In this document: piece by piece, positions 1 through 9,294 of the stretch
How the letters are laid out: each line of letters opens with the position of its first letter
Numbering within the stretch: position 1 is the stretch's first letter
Origin: a phage
Sequence record: PZ324410.1
Strand: one strand, 5' to 3'
Length of the DNA stretch: 47,561 nucleotides
Position numbers and translations under genes: made by a program
Notes under the pieces: generated by a model
Databases searched by the model: none
Seen by the model: the letters and a program-made list of their open reading frames with translations, nothing else
What the model was told of the DNA's origin: nothing

Positions 1-1425
1 ATGGCTCGTAAACGCCTTTCCGCACTGGCAATCGAAAAGCTTGAACAGGCTGTTGGAAACTCAACTGCAAAACCAGAGTCCGCTGTTTTCGGCCTTGTCG
101 ATAAGATATTGTCTGACGGTACACCAAATGTGGTTAAGTGCCTTAAAATGACAGCCACTGGAGTATCTGAAACTGATGAAGAACCAACAATATTAATTCC
201 TGAGCGGATGGAGCTTATCCTGTACCCACGGCGCTTTAAGGTGTTTTATGGTGGTAGGGGCAGCTCCAAGAGCCGAACGTGTATATCCTACCTTATCGAA
301 AAGGCAAGGTTCCGCAATAGTCGCGTTGGTTGTTTCCGTGAGATACAGAACTCAATCAAAGAATCAAGCTATGCCGAACTGGTTGATGAGATAAACAGAA
401 AAGGCCACGCTCAGGAATATCGTTGCGTTGATGGTGAGATAACCCACCACACAACGAAATCAAAGTTTGTTTTCCGTGGTCTGTGGAGAAATATAACCGC
501 CATCAAGGGTATGGCTGGACTTACAGATGTATTCTGTGAAGAATCTGAAAATATCAGCCAGATTTCATGGGATACGTTAATCCCAACGGTGCGAGCCTCT
601 GGTTCTGAAATTATTATTGTTTTTAACCCCAACAAAGAGACTGACCCGACGTGGACTAATTTTGTTGAGCCTTACATCGACAAGATGGTAGATGGCATAT
701 ATCAGGATGATGACATCGTTGTTGTTAATGTTAACTACGTCCACAACCCGTGGTTCACGGAAGAGCTTAAACAGCACATGAACCAGATGAAGGCTGTGGA
801 TTATGATCGCTATCTGTGGGTGTATGAAGGGTTATTCAACAAGCGTTCCGAAGAGGCCGTGCTTGGCGGGAAATGGCAAACGCTGGACTTCGAGCCATCT
901 CCCGAATGGGGAGGGCCTTACTACGGCATTGACTTTGGTTTTTCTCAGGATGCAACAGCAGCAACTGAATCATATGTAGAAGATTTGGGTGATGGACGCA
1001 GAAACCTGTATATCTATCGTGACTTTGCAAAGGTTGGCCTTGAGATAACTGACACGCCGGAAGCGATGAGATCAGCATTCCCAAATTCAGAGAAGTACAG
1101 ATGGTATGGGGATTGCGCTCGCCCTGAAACAATAAGCCACATACGCCGATCTGGATTCGATATTCATCCTTGTGCAAAATGGCCGGGGAGCATTGAGGAC
1201 GGTATTACGTGGCTTCGTGGGTGTGACAGGATTTACGTACACTCAAGATGTAAACACGTCATTGAAGAGATGACAATGTACAGCTACAAGGTGGATAAAT
1301 TAACAGGGAACATACTCCCTGACATAGTTGATAAGTACAATCACGCGATTGATAGCCTACGCTATGGCCTTGGAGACCACATCGTCCAGCGTGGTAGTGG
1401 AATGCTAATCCGGCGCAGGCGATAA
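1..1425 (+). CDS. terL: terminase large subunit
   Basis: 474-aa ORF starting at window position 1; terminase-like ATPase/nuclease translation read by eye; followed by portal gene; upstream partial ORF at window end would terminate at TAATG junction. Confidence 0.8.
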   Translation: MARKRLSALAIEKLEQAVGNSTAKPESAVFGLVDKILSDGTPNVVKCLKMTATGVSETDEEPTILIPERMELILYPRRFKVFYGGRGSSKSRTCISYLIEKARFRNSRVGCFREIQNSIKESSYAELVDEINRKGHAQEYRCVDGEITHHTTKSKFVFRGLWRNITAIKGMAGLTDVFCEESENISQISWDTLIPTVRASGSEIIIVFNPNKETDPTWTNFVEPYIDKMVDGIYQDDDIVVVNVNYVHNPWFTEELKQHMNQMKAVDYDRYLWVYEGLFNKRSEEAVLGGKWQTLDFEPSPEWGGPYYGIDFGFSQDATAATESYVEDLGDGRRNLYIYRDFAKVGLEITDTPEAMRSAFPNSEKYRWYGDCARPETISHIRRSGFDIHPCAKWPGSIEDGITWLRGCDRIYVHSRCKHVIEEMTMYSYKVDKLTGNILPDIVDKYNHAIDSLRYGLGDHIVQRGSGMLIRRRR

Positions 1426-1430
1426 AAATA

Positions 1431-1450
1431 AAGCCCTCATTCGAGGGCTT
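1431..1450. terminator. stem-loop between terL end and convergent minus-strand genes
   Basis: inverted repeat aagccctc/gagggctt with 4-nt loop; T-rich on minus-strand side. Confidence 0.5.
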
Positions 1451-1454
1451 ATGC

Positions 1455-1637
1455 TTATTCCGCTATTCCATAATCCGCAAGATTAACCCTTCCTTTGTAG
1501 TGTTTTGCGGTTTCTTTCATCTTCTCTACATCTATACCAACAATCACCTCGTGTGAGTGATTTCCATGGTGGCTTTTAAAGTGCTCTATTGCCTCTTCTC
1601 TTACTTTTTTGTTAACTCTTGGTCTTGTATGGCTCAT
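1455..1637 (-). CDS. hypothetical small protein
   Basis: 60-aa ORF; ATG overlaps stop of upstream minus ORF (ATGA coupling). Confidence 0.45.
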   Translation of the reverse strand: MSHTRPRVNKKVREEAIEHFKSHHGNHSHEVIVGIDVEKMKETAKHYKGRVNLADYGIAE

Positions 1638-1810
1638 GCTGGACACTCCGCTTCTTCCATAACTCCATTTCTGACATACATATCTATGTCGTCTTTTGTC
1701 ATTCTCGTTTCATCGGTGTTGTCTTTGCCACGACAAACAAAAACCAGACCATTTGCTGGCGCAAACAGGTATGTGCTGCCAGTTATTTTTGATTTGTATG
1801 CTTCAAACAT
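1634..1810 (-). CDS. hypothetical small protein
   Basis: 58-aa ORF translated by hand; GAGGTGATGAG RBS before ATG; below the ORF-track length cutoff. Confidence 0.4.
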   Translation of the reverse strand: MFEAYKSKITGSTYLFAPANGLVFVCRGKDNTDETRMTKDDIDMYVRNGVMEEAECPA

Positions 1811-1845
1811 CTCATCACCTCACATAAGAATTTCCGGTTTAGTTA

Positions 1846-1874
1846 AATCTACATCACCACCATTTCTACGTCAA
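1846..1874 (-). promoter_or_regulatory. sigma70-like promoter, TTGACG-N17-TAGATT on minus strand
   Basis: hexamers with 17-nt spacer read on reverse complement; lies upstream of minus small-gene pair; built from two copies of the atctac repeat. Confidence 0.4.
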
Positions 1875-1972
1875 TATTTATTATTAATGTTGATAAACCT
1901 GCATCACCACACTTGACCAATCTACACCGAGCGCATAGTATAATCTACATCAGGCTTATCGGAGATATCACT

Positions 1973-2179
1973 ATGCGTAGCTATGCAGGATTTACACAGG
2001 AGGAAAAAGAGCAGGTTTATTCACTGGCACGGGCTGGTGTGCCTGATGAGGTGATTTGCCGTCGATATGACATCGACGAGGATTTCCTGCTGCGCGTTCT
2101 GGATGATGTTTTCGTTAACCTGCAAGAGAAACGCGGTTACAAGGGTATCTGCTGCAAGAATGATTTTTTGAGAGGGTGA
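1973..2179 (+). CDS. hypothetical protein
   Basis: ORF-track ORF 1913..2179 trimmed to first ATG (MRSYAGF...); first gene of a coupled string of small ORFs. Confidence 0.5.
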   Translation: MRSYAGFTQEEKEQVYSLARAGVPDEVICRRYDIDEDFLLRVLDDVFVNLQEKRGYKGICCKNDFLRG

Positions 2180-2180
2180 T

Positions 2181-2345
2181 ATGATGATTATTGAAAAAAC
2201 AAATGAATGCCACAGTCTGTATATAAATACAGAACTAGTAATAAATTTAAGGCAATGCGACGACTGGGTTCAGCTTGACAAACACCAAGCCGTGCAGCTA
2301 ATCGAAGTTCTGCAACGCTGGGTTAATGGTGAGGAGATTGAGTGA
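2181..2345 (+). CDS. hypothetical small protein
   Basis: 54-aa ORF verified codon by codon; starts 2 nt after previous stop and its TGA overlaps next ATG. Confidence 0.4.
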   Translation: MMIIEKTNECHSLYINTELVINLRQCDDWVQLDKHQAVQLIEVLQRWVNGEEIE

Positions 2346-2551
2346 TGAGCGTTTATTTTTACTGTGGACACATAGAACGACAAGGCAGTACGGCTAGTGT
2401 TGGAAGTTTCTGTGGATTATCTATTGGCACTGATGCTGTTAGCGCATATGAGGATGCCATGAGAGCACAGGTGACAGAAATTCAGTCAATCACTGAAAGT
2501 GGTGCTTTTAATCTTTCTGTTATTTTTGATAGGTTCGAAAAGGTGGAGTGA
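2345..2551 (+). CDS. hypothetical protein
   Basis: 68-aa ORF; ATGA overlap with upstream ORF. Confidence 0.45.
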   Translation: MSVYFYCGHIERQGSTASVGSFCGLSIGTDAVSAYEDAMRAQVTEIQSITESGAFNLSVIFDRFEKVE

Positions 2552-2725
2552 TGGCACTATTCTGGTCGTTCTGGATTCCGTTTAACTTTATGTTCTAGTG
2601 GGCTATGGCTGCCAAGGTGAATAAACCAAGCAGGATACATTTCATGATTGCTTCATTTTTCGCTGTGGTGACTGGTGTTGTTCCATGCTTGTTGTATCAA
2701 TATTTCAAATAGAGGTGTGGCGGCT

Positions 2726-2965
2726 ATGATTTTTTTTCTTATCGTTATGGTGTTCATTGCTTATATGCTTGTCAGGAACAACGCGGTTGCTGACGCAAGC
2801 ATTGGGTTTATAAAGTTCTTCTATGAAGAAGACCCTGATGGATACGCAGCCGGAAAGCGATTTCATGAGGAACTACCAAGCTACGATGAGATGCTGTGGA
2901 AGTTCTGGGTGTGGCCTCTGTCAAAATTCTATCCGGCATACAGAAATAGAAATCGCAACAAGTGA
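2726..2965 (+). CDS. small membrane protein
   Basis: hydrophobic N-terminus IFFLIVMVFIAYML; AGAGGTG RBS 6 nt upstream of ATG. Confidence 0.5.
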   Translation: MIFFLIVMVFIAYMLVRNNAVADASIGFIKFFYEEDPDGYAAGKRFHEELPSYDEMLWKFWVWPLSKFYPAYRNRNRNK

Positions 2966-2975
2966 CCATGCTATA

Positions 2976-3001
2976 ATCCCTCCATCGTGAGGGATTTTTT
3001 A
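2976..3001 (+). terminator. rho-independent terminator
   Basis: atccctc...gagggat hairpin followed by TTTTTT. Confidence 0.55.
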
Positions 3002-3011
3002 TTGGTGACAT

Positions 3012-4424
3012 ATGTCAAAAATCGACGCTTTAAACGCCTACATACGCGATCGCGTGGCGAACAATAACCGGGCGCTTCAGCAACAACGGCTTTGTGCTGG
3101 TGGGAAGAATCTGGACCAGAAACGTGAGTTCATGTGGAAGGAGTTGGGCTACCCGCAGGAAATCACCGCCGAGATGTTCCGCTATGCCTACGAGCGACAT
3201 CCAGCTGCAGCCGCTGGCATTAACCGCATTATTAATAAATGCTGGCAGAAATACCCTGAAGTGGTAGAAGATGGCGAGGATGACAAGAGTTCAACGCCGT
3301 GGGAGCTGTCCATCAACGACATGATGAAGCGCGCCTATCCGTTCATCAAGGAGGCTGACAAGCGCAATGCTATTAACCGCTATTCCGCTGTTATCCTGCA
3401 AATCCGTGACGGCAAGCAGTGGAGCGAGCCTGTTGACATCACCAAAACCCGCCGCATTAAAGATAAATCCATTGTTCGCTTTATTCCAGTGTGGGAAGAG
3501 CAGCTCCGTGTCAGTGCGTGGAATAACGACGAAACCAGCGAAGACTACGGAATGCCTGAGATGTACGAATATCAGGAAAGCGCCGTAGAGGATTTCGACA
3601 GCGACGGCAAGCCTGAGCGTTCCGTGCAGATTCACCCTGACCGTATCATCATTCTGGCTGAGGGTAGTTTTGATGGTAGCATGTTCAGTGGCATCCCGAT
3701 GTTGCGTGCTGGTTACAATAGCCTTATCGACATGGCTAAGGTTTCCGGTAGTTCAGCAGAAGGCTTCCTGAAGAATGCCAGCCGTCAACTGGCGGTAAAC
3801 TACACGAAGGATAACGTAACGCCAGCAAGTCTTGCGCAGTCGATGGGTGTCGATATTGAAGAACTTACCGACATTATGAATGAGAACATTGAGGCGTTAA
3901 ACTCAGGCATCGACGCCGCTATGTTCACAATGGGTGCGGATGCAAAAGTTCTCGCTGTGACTCCAGCTGACCCGAAGCCAACATGGGAGGTAGCCGCCAA
4001 CCAGTTCGCCGCATCAATGGCGCTTCCGTTCACCGTCATATTTGGGCAGCAGACCGGGCGCCTTGCAAGCGACGAAGACAAGATGCAGGAGGCGATGACC
4101 GCCAAGCAACGTCGAGAAACGTGGGTTGACTATGTTATTTCAATGTTCGTTGAGCGCATGATTCAGTTCGGCATTGTCGATAAAGCCCCGGAAAATGGCT
4201 ACAAGGTTAAGTGGGATGACCTGCTTGCTCCTTCAGAACTAGATAAAGCTGAATTGCTGGCTAAACTCGCCACTGCGAACAAATCGTTCTTTGATGCTGG
4301 TCAATCTGCGTTGCTGAGCGTCGATGAAGCGCGCGGCATGGTTGGTATGGACCCGATTGAACTCGACGAAACCTACCGCGAAGACACGCCGCCGGAAGAC
4401 GAAAATGAAGATACTCCGGTTTAA
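3012..4424 (+). CDS. portal protein
   Basis: 470-aa ORF with acidic C-terminus downstream of terL; position and size typical of siphovirus portal. Confidence 0.75.
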   Translation: MSKIDALNAYIRDRVANNNRALQQQRLCAGGKNLDQKREFMWKELGYPQEITAEMFRYAYERHPAAAAGINRIINKCWQKYPEVVEDGEDDKSSTPWELSINDMMKRAYPFIKEADKRNAINRYSAVILQIRDGKQWSEPVDITKTRRIKDKSIVRFIPVWEEQLRVSAWNNDETSEDYGMPEMYEYQESAVEDFDSDGKPERSVQIHPDRIIILAEGSFDGSMFSGIPMLRAGYNSLIDMAKVSGSSAEGFLKNASRQLAVNYTKDNVTPASLAQSMGVDIEELTDIMNENIEALNSGIDAAMFTMGADAKVLAVTPADPKPTWEVAANQFAASMALPFTVIFGQQTGRLASDEDKMQEAMTAKQRRETWVDYVISMFVERMIQFGIVDKAPENGYKVKWDDLLAPSELDKAELLAKLATANKSFFDAGQSALLSVDEARGMVGMDPIELDETYREDTPPEDENEDTPV

Positions 4425-5358
4425 TGCAAGGCTACCCCAACCGCGCATATCGCAGAGTCTGACCGACCCGTTAGGTGCTGCAACCCGACTGTCGAAGATG
4501 GATAAGGTGATAACGCGCAAATACAAACAACTCAGGACTAGTGCGCTTGAGTTGTTTCGCACCATTCCGCATACTCAGACTAACGCAGAATCAAGTGGCC
4601 TGTATTTCTACGATTTCAGTAGTGCGCGTGCTGCTACGTTCATGGATGAGCTACAAGCGCTGATTGACGAGATTCTGCTGGAAGGTGACGACTTCGGTCA
4701 CGGCAGGATGTGGGCTAATGTGTTCATTGGTGATGCATATCAGGCCGGAACGCAGAAGGCCAACTCAGAACTATCAAGTCTGTCTCCGGTTTACGCCGAA
4801 CAGAGGCCGATTGCCGCGATACTCTACAGTGAGCCATATCTGAATCGGCTGCGGCTTGCGTATACGGCTGGTTACTCGGACTGGCGTGGGTTGAGCGATT
4901 ATTCCCGTCAACAACTGGCATCTGTCATTATGGAAGGCATTGCCCGGGGTGCTAATCCTCGCGATGTTGAGGCTGACATCATTAAGCGTGTCGATGTGTC
5001 TCACAGCTACGCGAAACAGATAGCGCAGACTGAAATCACCGGAACGCTGCGACAGGCTAACAGGCGGGAAGTCATTGAGGCGCGCGAGGAATTGGGAATT
5101 GAAACGGTGATGCTGTGGCAATCGGCATTATTACCTGGTCGAACGAGATTTACTCACGCGGCACGGCACGGGCGGTTTTACACGCCAGAGGAGATTGATA
5201 CGTTCTATAGTGAAGTTGCTAATCGCAGGAATTGTCATTGCTCTCAGAGTCCAGCATTGCTAATGGACGGTAAGCCTGTAATTTTGGAATCAAGCCAAGA
5301 GCGTCTAGATAGGCAAAGGGAATCATGGGAAAAGGTAAACAAGAAGAAAGCTAAATGA
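4405..5358 (+). CDS. head morphogenesis protein (Mu F / SPP1 gp7-like minor head protein)
   Basis: ORF 4324..5358; start set to ATG at 4405 overlapping portal end; start uncertain (alternative ATG 4498). Confidence 0.6.
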   Translation: MKILRFNARLPQPRISQSLTDPLGAATRLSKMDKVITRKYKQLRTSALELFRTIPHTQTNAESSGLYFYDFSSARAATFMDELQALIDEILLEGDDFGHGRMWANVFIGDAYQAGTQKANSELSSLSPVYAEQRPIAAILYSEPYLNRLRLAYTAGYSDWRGLSDYSRQQLASVIMEGIARGANPRDVEADIIKRVDVSHSYAKQIAQTEITGTLRQANRREVIEAREELGIETVMLWQSALLPGRTRFTHAARHGRFYTPEEIDTFYSEVANRRNCHCSQSPALLMDGKPVILESSQERLDRQRESWEKVNKKKAK

Positions 5359-5364
5359 TATAAT
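5356..5364 (+). promoter_or_regulatory. extended -10 promoter element TGaTATAAT
   Basis: exact TGnTATAAT upstream of HNH gene, followed by hairpin gcccgg...ccgggc. Confidence 0.35.
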
Positions 5365-5455
5365 TTACTTGCAGCAAAGGGTAGCTCCCTGCCCGGATTG
5401 GTCTCCGGGCTGCTGCATACAACCAACAGACCATCCTTATGACCGAGGAGTAAAA

Positions 5456-6007
5456 ATGAAATCAATAAATCGCAATAAAATGCCTTCATTGGCTCGCCTT
5501 TCACACCTATTCATCATTTCCGCCGATGGAACAATCAAGCGCAGAATGGCTGCTGGCAATAGGGCGGCAGGAAGTAACGCAGAAAGGAATTTATGTGGTA
5601 GTGACTATACATGCATAACTGTTGATGGTGTTAGGTATCTCACCCATAGGGTTATTTGGTATTTTTTTACTGGTGAGGAACCTGATTACCTTGATCACAT
5701 AAATAGAAACAAAAAGGACAACAGGCTATGCAACTTGAGACCAGTGTCCGCCACGGGAAACAGAAGCAACACTGATTTGATGAACAGCAATACAACTGGA
5801 TATATTGGCGTTTATTGGTATCACTACAAAGGAACTCCTAGGTGGAGAGCTGCTTGCAACGATAAACATCTTGGATATTACCGTTCGCTTGTATCAGCAG
5901 TAAAGGCATACAATCGTTATGTGATAAGTGTTTATGGGGATGAAGCATTAGCAAAGGTTGAGCATAATAAGAGGATGATCAAAGAGTCTTTTGGCATTGA
6001 ACTGTAG
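5456..6007 (+). CDS. HNH homing endonuclease (HNH + AP2-like domain)
   Basis: motifs HRVIW...LDHINRNKKDNRLCNLRPVS...GYIGVYWYHYKG; GAGGAG RBS before ATG 5456; paralogous to three other ORFs in the window. Confidence 0.7.
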   Translation: MKSINRNKMPSLARLSHLFIISADGTIKRRMAAGNRAAGSNAERNLCGSDYTCITVDGVRYLTHRVIWYFFTGEEPDYLDHINRNKKDNRLCNLRPVSATGNRSNTDLMNSNTTGYIGVYWYHYKGTPRWRAACNDKHLGYYRSLVSAVKAYNRYVISVYGDEALAKVEHNKRMIKESFGIEL

Positions 6008-6013
6008 CCAACA

Positions 6014-6042
6014 AAAAGCCCTCTAAGTGAGGGCTTTGATTT
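6014..6042. terminator. stem-loop terminator between convergent genes
   Basis: aaagccctc taagt gagggcttt hairpin with A/T runs on both sides. Confidence 0.55.
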
Positions 6043-6113
6043 ATCTTATCAGCATGCACAGAACAAATATTATTATCGCATAGCACAATATCTCTACGAC
6101 GCTGAATATTGTT

Positions 6114-6728
6114 TTAATCCTCCAGCTTCACGCCTGGAATTTTACCAATCTCAATCGCCTCAATGATTCTTTCAGCCAACCCAATGTATCCTTCTGCGCC
6201 TTTTGGGTTGCCATAATAATAAAAAATAGTCTCTACCATATCGTTAACCATGGCATCGCGCTTCTTGTCTGCTTCTGAGCGGAGTGGGCGGAATTCACAT
6301 AGCTTATCACTGAAGTAAACTGCATGCCGATCATAATTCCATCCGAATGCAAATCCATCGTGATTAGCAATGATGTCAACAGGAATAAAATAACCAACCG
6401 CATCTTGCATCTCACACTCACACCCAACCGGAGGCAGGCCTTCGCCATTCCATGTGGGTTTCTGCGATGCTGCGAGTGCGGATTCGTATTGGTCGCGGGT
6501 TACGATTGATTCTGCATTGTCACATGATAACCAATCGTCATCATCAAATAGAAAGTATCCAGATAAGCCTCTTCCGCTTATGTGTCCCCATCCAAATCCG
6601 TTGTATTTTGGGTCATCGTACTTCCAGCAACATAAATAACCGTCACTATTTTGCGTTACAGACACCCAGTTTTCACGCCATCCACCACGCTTGGGTAATT
6701 CACGCACTAACAAGTCGATAAGTTTCAT
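6114..6728 (-). CDS. hypothetical protein (204 aa, Trp/Gly/Cys-rich)
   Basis: long ORF with stop/start coupling to neighbours; no family recognised. Confidence 0.55.
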   Translation of the reverse strand: MKLIDLLVRELPKRGGWRENWVSVTQNSDGYLCCWKYDDPKYNGFGWGHISGRGLSGYFLFDDDDWLSCDNAESIVTRDQYESALAASQKPTWNGEGLPPVGCECEMQDAVGYFIPVDIIANHDGFAFGWNYDRHAVYFSDKLCEFRPLRSEADKKRDAMVNDMVETIFYYYGNPKGAEGYIGLAERIIEAIEIGKIPGVKLED

Positions 6729-6740
6729 TGGTTTTCTCCA

Positions 6741-6956
6741 TTAATAATTTGGCTTTACGTCTTTCATCGTTAGCGGCTTCCATCCGCTTGCTATCGCAAT
6801 TTCAATGCAATCCTCAAGCGTTTTGGCTTTTATTGGTTCGCCAACTTCACTATCATCAAATTTTCTCTGTATTTGATAGCCATCTACGACGTAAAGAATC
6901 TCCACAGAGCCATGCAGTGTATGCATCGACTCAAGCCATTGCAGGTGGTAGCTCAT
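6741..6956 (-). CDS. hypothetical protein
   Basis: 71-aa ORF in co-directional minus cluster. Confidence 0.45.
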   Translation of the reverse strand: MSYHLQWLESMHTLHGSVEILYVVDGYQIQRKFDDSEVGEPIKAKTLEDCIEIAIASGWKPLTMKDVKPNY

Positions 6957-7309
6957 TTTGCTTCTCCCAACGCCTTATTAACCGCCGCACGCGCATTATC
7001 AAGAGCGCGACGCTTGCTTGATGTTGTCCATACTTTGCCGGATTGGTCGTCGTAGATTTCCAGTAACTGCTGGAGTGCTGACAGCAGGTCTGGTGATGCA
7101 GCCATTAAATTAAAATCATGCTCTACACTACCGTCAAGCTCCCAGTGCATTCCGTTGTATTTAGCGCCCTTACTTGAGAAAATGATATTCCTGTCATCAT
7201 CCTCGTGACAACCAGGAGTGTCGTCACTGCGGCAAACTGGATAAATTGCTGCGCAGCCTCCGCGAATGTCTGCAACCCACGGGCCTTTCGTGCCTTTAAA
7301 CTCTTTCAT
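6953..7309 (-). CDS. hypothetical protein
   Basis: ORF 6953..7321 trimmed to ATG at 7309 (MKEFKGTKGPW...). Confidence 0.5.
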   Translation of the reverse strand: MKEFKGTKGPWVADIRGGCAAIYPVCRSDDTPGCHEDDDRNIIFSSKGAKYNGMHWELDGSVEHDFNLMAASPDLLSALQQLLEIYDDQSGKVWTTSSKRRALDNARAAVNKALGEAK

Positions 7310-7317
7310 TACCAACC

Positions 7318-7458
7318 TCACTTAACATACTCAACAATTTCACACTCACGCATCTGCACCAGACCAAATGGCGCGACCAGCTTTCCGCATTTCATAACTT
7401 TGATCTGAGACAAATCGAATGCGGCGGTTTGTCCGGTGGTGAATTTTATGATTGCCAT
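7318..7458 (-). CDS. hypothetical small protein
   Basis: 46-aa ORF hand-translated (MAIIKFTTGQ...); below ORF-track cutoff. Confidence 0.3.
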   Translation of the reverse strand: MAIIKFTTGQTAAFDLSQIKVMKCGKLVAPFGLVQMRECEIVEYVK

Positions 7459-7519
7459 TATTCTGCGCTCCATATTGACCACCCATCTTTTTGCCAGTCA
7501 TGGCCCTTGTACCAATCGG

Positions 7520-7645
7520 TCATGTTGTAGCCCATTTCACAACCATGACGCCATTATGCATTTCAAAAAACTCATCACTGGTAAATCCCTGCGCCTTAAC
7601 TCTTTTCCCAGACTTCATTGCCTCGACAGCTTCTTCGTAAGTCAT
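7520..7645 (-). CDS. hypothetical small protein
   Basis: 41-aa ORF (MTYEEAVEAMKSG...); GAGGG RBS; first gene downstream of minus promoter. Confidence 0.35.
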   Translation of the reverse strand: MTYEEAVEAMKSGKRVKAQGFTSDEFFEMHNGVMVVKWATT

Positions 7646-7676
7646 ACCAAAACCCTCACTCGTTATTGATGTAGAT

Positions 7677-7705
7677 ACTATGCGCGACAATCCAATCTAC
7701 GTCAA
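7677..7705 (-). promoter_or_regulatory. sigma70-like promoter TTGACG-N17-CATAGT on minus strand
   Basis: read on reverse complement; -35 inside atctacgtcaa repeat. Confidence 0.4.
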
Positions 7706-7713
7706 TAGCTATG

Positions 7714-7722
7714 TGATAAAAT
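7714..7722 (+). promoter_or_regulatory. extended -10-like element TGaTAAAAT upstream of lysis cassette
   Basis: TGnTAnnnT-type element about 25 nt before endolysin ATG. Confidence 0.3.
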
Positions 7723-7745
7723 AATCTACATCAGGAGGTGAATTC

Positions 7746-8180
7746 ATGAAACTATCGCAACGCGGCATCGATTTAATTAAACAATTCGAGGGTTGCAGCT
7801 CGAAGGCGTATCCAGACCCCGCAACCGGAGGTGCGCCGTGGACTATCGGCTATGGCACAACCAAAGGCGTTAAGCCAGGAATGACCATCACCGCTGAGCA
7901 GGCTGAAAAGATGCTGCGCGATGATGTGGCTAAGTTTGAATCTGGCGTTTCTGCATTACTAAAAGTTCCGACCACGCAGGGGCAATTCGACGCAATGGTC
8001 TCGCTGGCATACAACATTGGCCTTGGTAATTTTGGCAAGTCAACACTGCTACGCAAGCATAACGAGAAATGCTATAGCTGCGCCGCTGGTCAATTCCCCG
8101 TATGGAATCGCGCTGCTGGCAAGGTTATGAATGGCCTGACCCGGAGGCGTAACGCAGAGCGCGACGTTTACATGTCATGA
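7746..8180 (+). CDS. endolysin, GH24 (T4-type) lysozyme
   Basis: FEGCSSKAYPD...WTIGYGTT catalytic Glu/Asp/Thr pattern; no N-terminal SAR/TMD. Confidence 0.8.
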   Translation: MKLSQRGIDLIKQFEGCSSKAYPDPATGGAPWTIGYGTTKGVKPGMTITAEQAEKMLRDDVAKFESGVSALLKVPTTQGQFDAMVSLAYNIGLGNFGKSTLLRKHNEKCYSCAAGQFPVWNRAAGKVMNGLTRRRNAERDVYMS

Positions 8181-8416
8181 AACGCCTCAGCAACTGGCTG
8201 CTCGGCGGGTGGATTTCGGTCTGCTCGCTGCTGCAAATCTGGCCTGAGTCGATGCTTTACGTGTGGGGTATGATGCCGGATGACCTGAAATCGGCGCTGC
8301 CTCCATTCGCTGTAAAGACTATCAGCTACTCCATTCTGCTACTCTCCATGCTCGGCAAGATGCATGCGATGAACAAGGCGAATAAGAGGTTGCGCGATGA
8401 TAAACCTGATTCGTGA
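8177..8416 (+). CDS. holin-like small membrane protein
   Basis: 79 aa, two hydrophobic segments and charged C-terminus; overlaps endolysin stop and spanin start. Confidence 0.5.
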   Translation: MKRLSNWLLGGWISVCSLLQIWPESMLYVWGMMPDDLKSALPPFAVKTISYSILLLSMLGKMHAMNKANKRLRDDKPDS

Positions 8417-8888
8417 TTACTGGCGACCACTGGCAATTATTATAATTGTTGCGTTCTGCGCGCTATGGGTGCGTAGTGAAATCATTGACTACGGCGACCA
8501 GCGATATGATGCCGGATACGCCAAAGCCATTGCCGAACAAAAAGAGGCAGATAAACGAGAGGAGCAACGCCGTGACGCAGAGAAACAAAAGATTCAGGCC
8601 GATGCGCAGCAAAGGATTGATGTTGCGCGCCGCGATGCTGCTGATGCTGCCGCTCGTGCTGATGGGGTGCGCAGAGAAACGGACAGGATACGCCAGCTCG
8701 CAGAGCAATATACCGGAACTCAGTCCGCTAGCGTATCAACCAGAAAGGTCATCGGTATGCTTGCCGAACTGTACGAAGCGAGCGAACGAGATTACCTTGC
8801 AGCGTCAACAGAAGCTGACAGGTATTACAACGCTGGATTGAGTTGTCAGCTTCAGTACAATTCATTGCGCAATAAAAAAGCCCCATAA
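8397..8888 (+). CDS. i-spanin (Rz-like)
   Basis: N-terminal TMD LAIIIIVAFCALWV followed by charged coiled-coil region; follows endolysin. Confidence 0.7.
   Translation: MINLIRDYWRPLAIIIIVAFCALWVRSEIIDYGDQRYDAGYAKAIAEQKEADKREEQRRDAEKQKIQADAQQRIDVARRDAADAAARADGVRRETDRIRQLAEQYTGTQSASVSTRKVIGMLAELYEASERDYLAASTEADRYYNAGLSCQLQYNSLRNKKAP
8602..8841 (+). CDS. o-spanin (Rz1-like lipoprotein), embedded in +1 frame of i-spanin
   Basis: signal peptide with lipobox LVLMGC; entirely inside 8397..8888 in another frame; start chosen at Met 22 residues before Cys. Confidence 0.6.
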   Translation: MRSKGLMLRAAMLLMLPLVLMGCAEKRTGYASSQSNIPELSPLAYQPERSSVCLPNCTKRANEITLQRQQKLTGITTLD

Positions 8889-8902
8889 AGGGGCTTTGTT
8901 TT
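8876..8902. terminator. rho-independent terminator
   Basis: aaaagcccc ataa aggggcttt hairpin then TTTT. Confidence 0.6.
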
Positions 8903-9050
8903 AAAGGTCATCAAGCCTGTCGACAATCTTGCTTCCGGCGCTCTCAAGGTCTTTATCATCAAAGCCATCAGCCCACGCCTGCTTGATACACTCCATTACC
9001 TGATTAAGCTCACCCTCAGTGAACTCAACAACATACTTTTTCTCTTCCAT
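8901..9050 (-). CDS. hypothetical small acidic protein
   Basis: ORF 8901..9146 trimmed to Met with GAGAGAGAA RBS. Confidence 0.4.
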   Translation of the reverse strand: MEEKKYVVEFTEGELNQVMECIKQAWADGFDDKDLESAGSKIVDRLDDL

Positions 9051-9294
9051 TTCTCTCTCGCTCATACAGTGGTTTAATTTCATACCCAAACATCTGCGCA
9101 TTCTCATACTCAACACTGCCAGCAAATACCAGGTAACGCTTGCCACGATTGTCGGTGACGATGTAGGCTACTGGCTCGCGCGCAAATCGTTTGTGTACTG
9201 GCGACTCTGATGGTGTAGCAATCTCGCCAATAATAAATGTATTTATTGAATCAATCACGCCGCCAGTTTTAAATGTCACTTTGCGCCTCCACAA
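9025..9294 (-). CDS. hypothetical protein
   Basis: 89-aa ORF in minus cluster. Confidence 0.45.
   Translation of the reverse strand: MWRRKVTFKTGGVIDSINTFIIGEIATPSESPVHKRFAREPVAYIVTDNRGKRYLVFAGSVEYENAQMFGYEIKPLYERERNGREKVCC

Noticed and set aside
411-1177. Three antisense ORFs (411..635, 577..777, 836..1177) within terL
   Set aside because: Overlap the terminase gene on the opposite strand and lack start contexts; terL reading is continuous and more plausible.
1557-1916. 119-aa plus-strand ORF overlapping the minus small-gene pair
   Set aside because: Hydrophobic low-complexity translation opposite two coupled minus ORFs with good start contexts and a promoter; judged non-coding.
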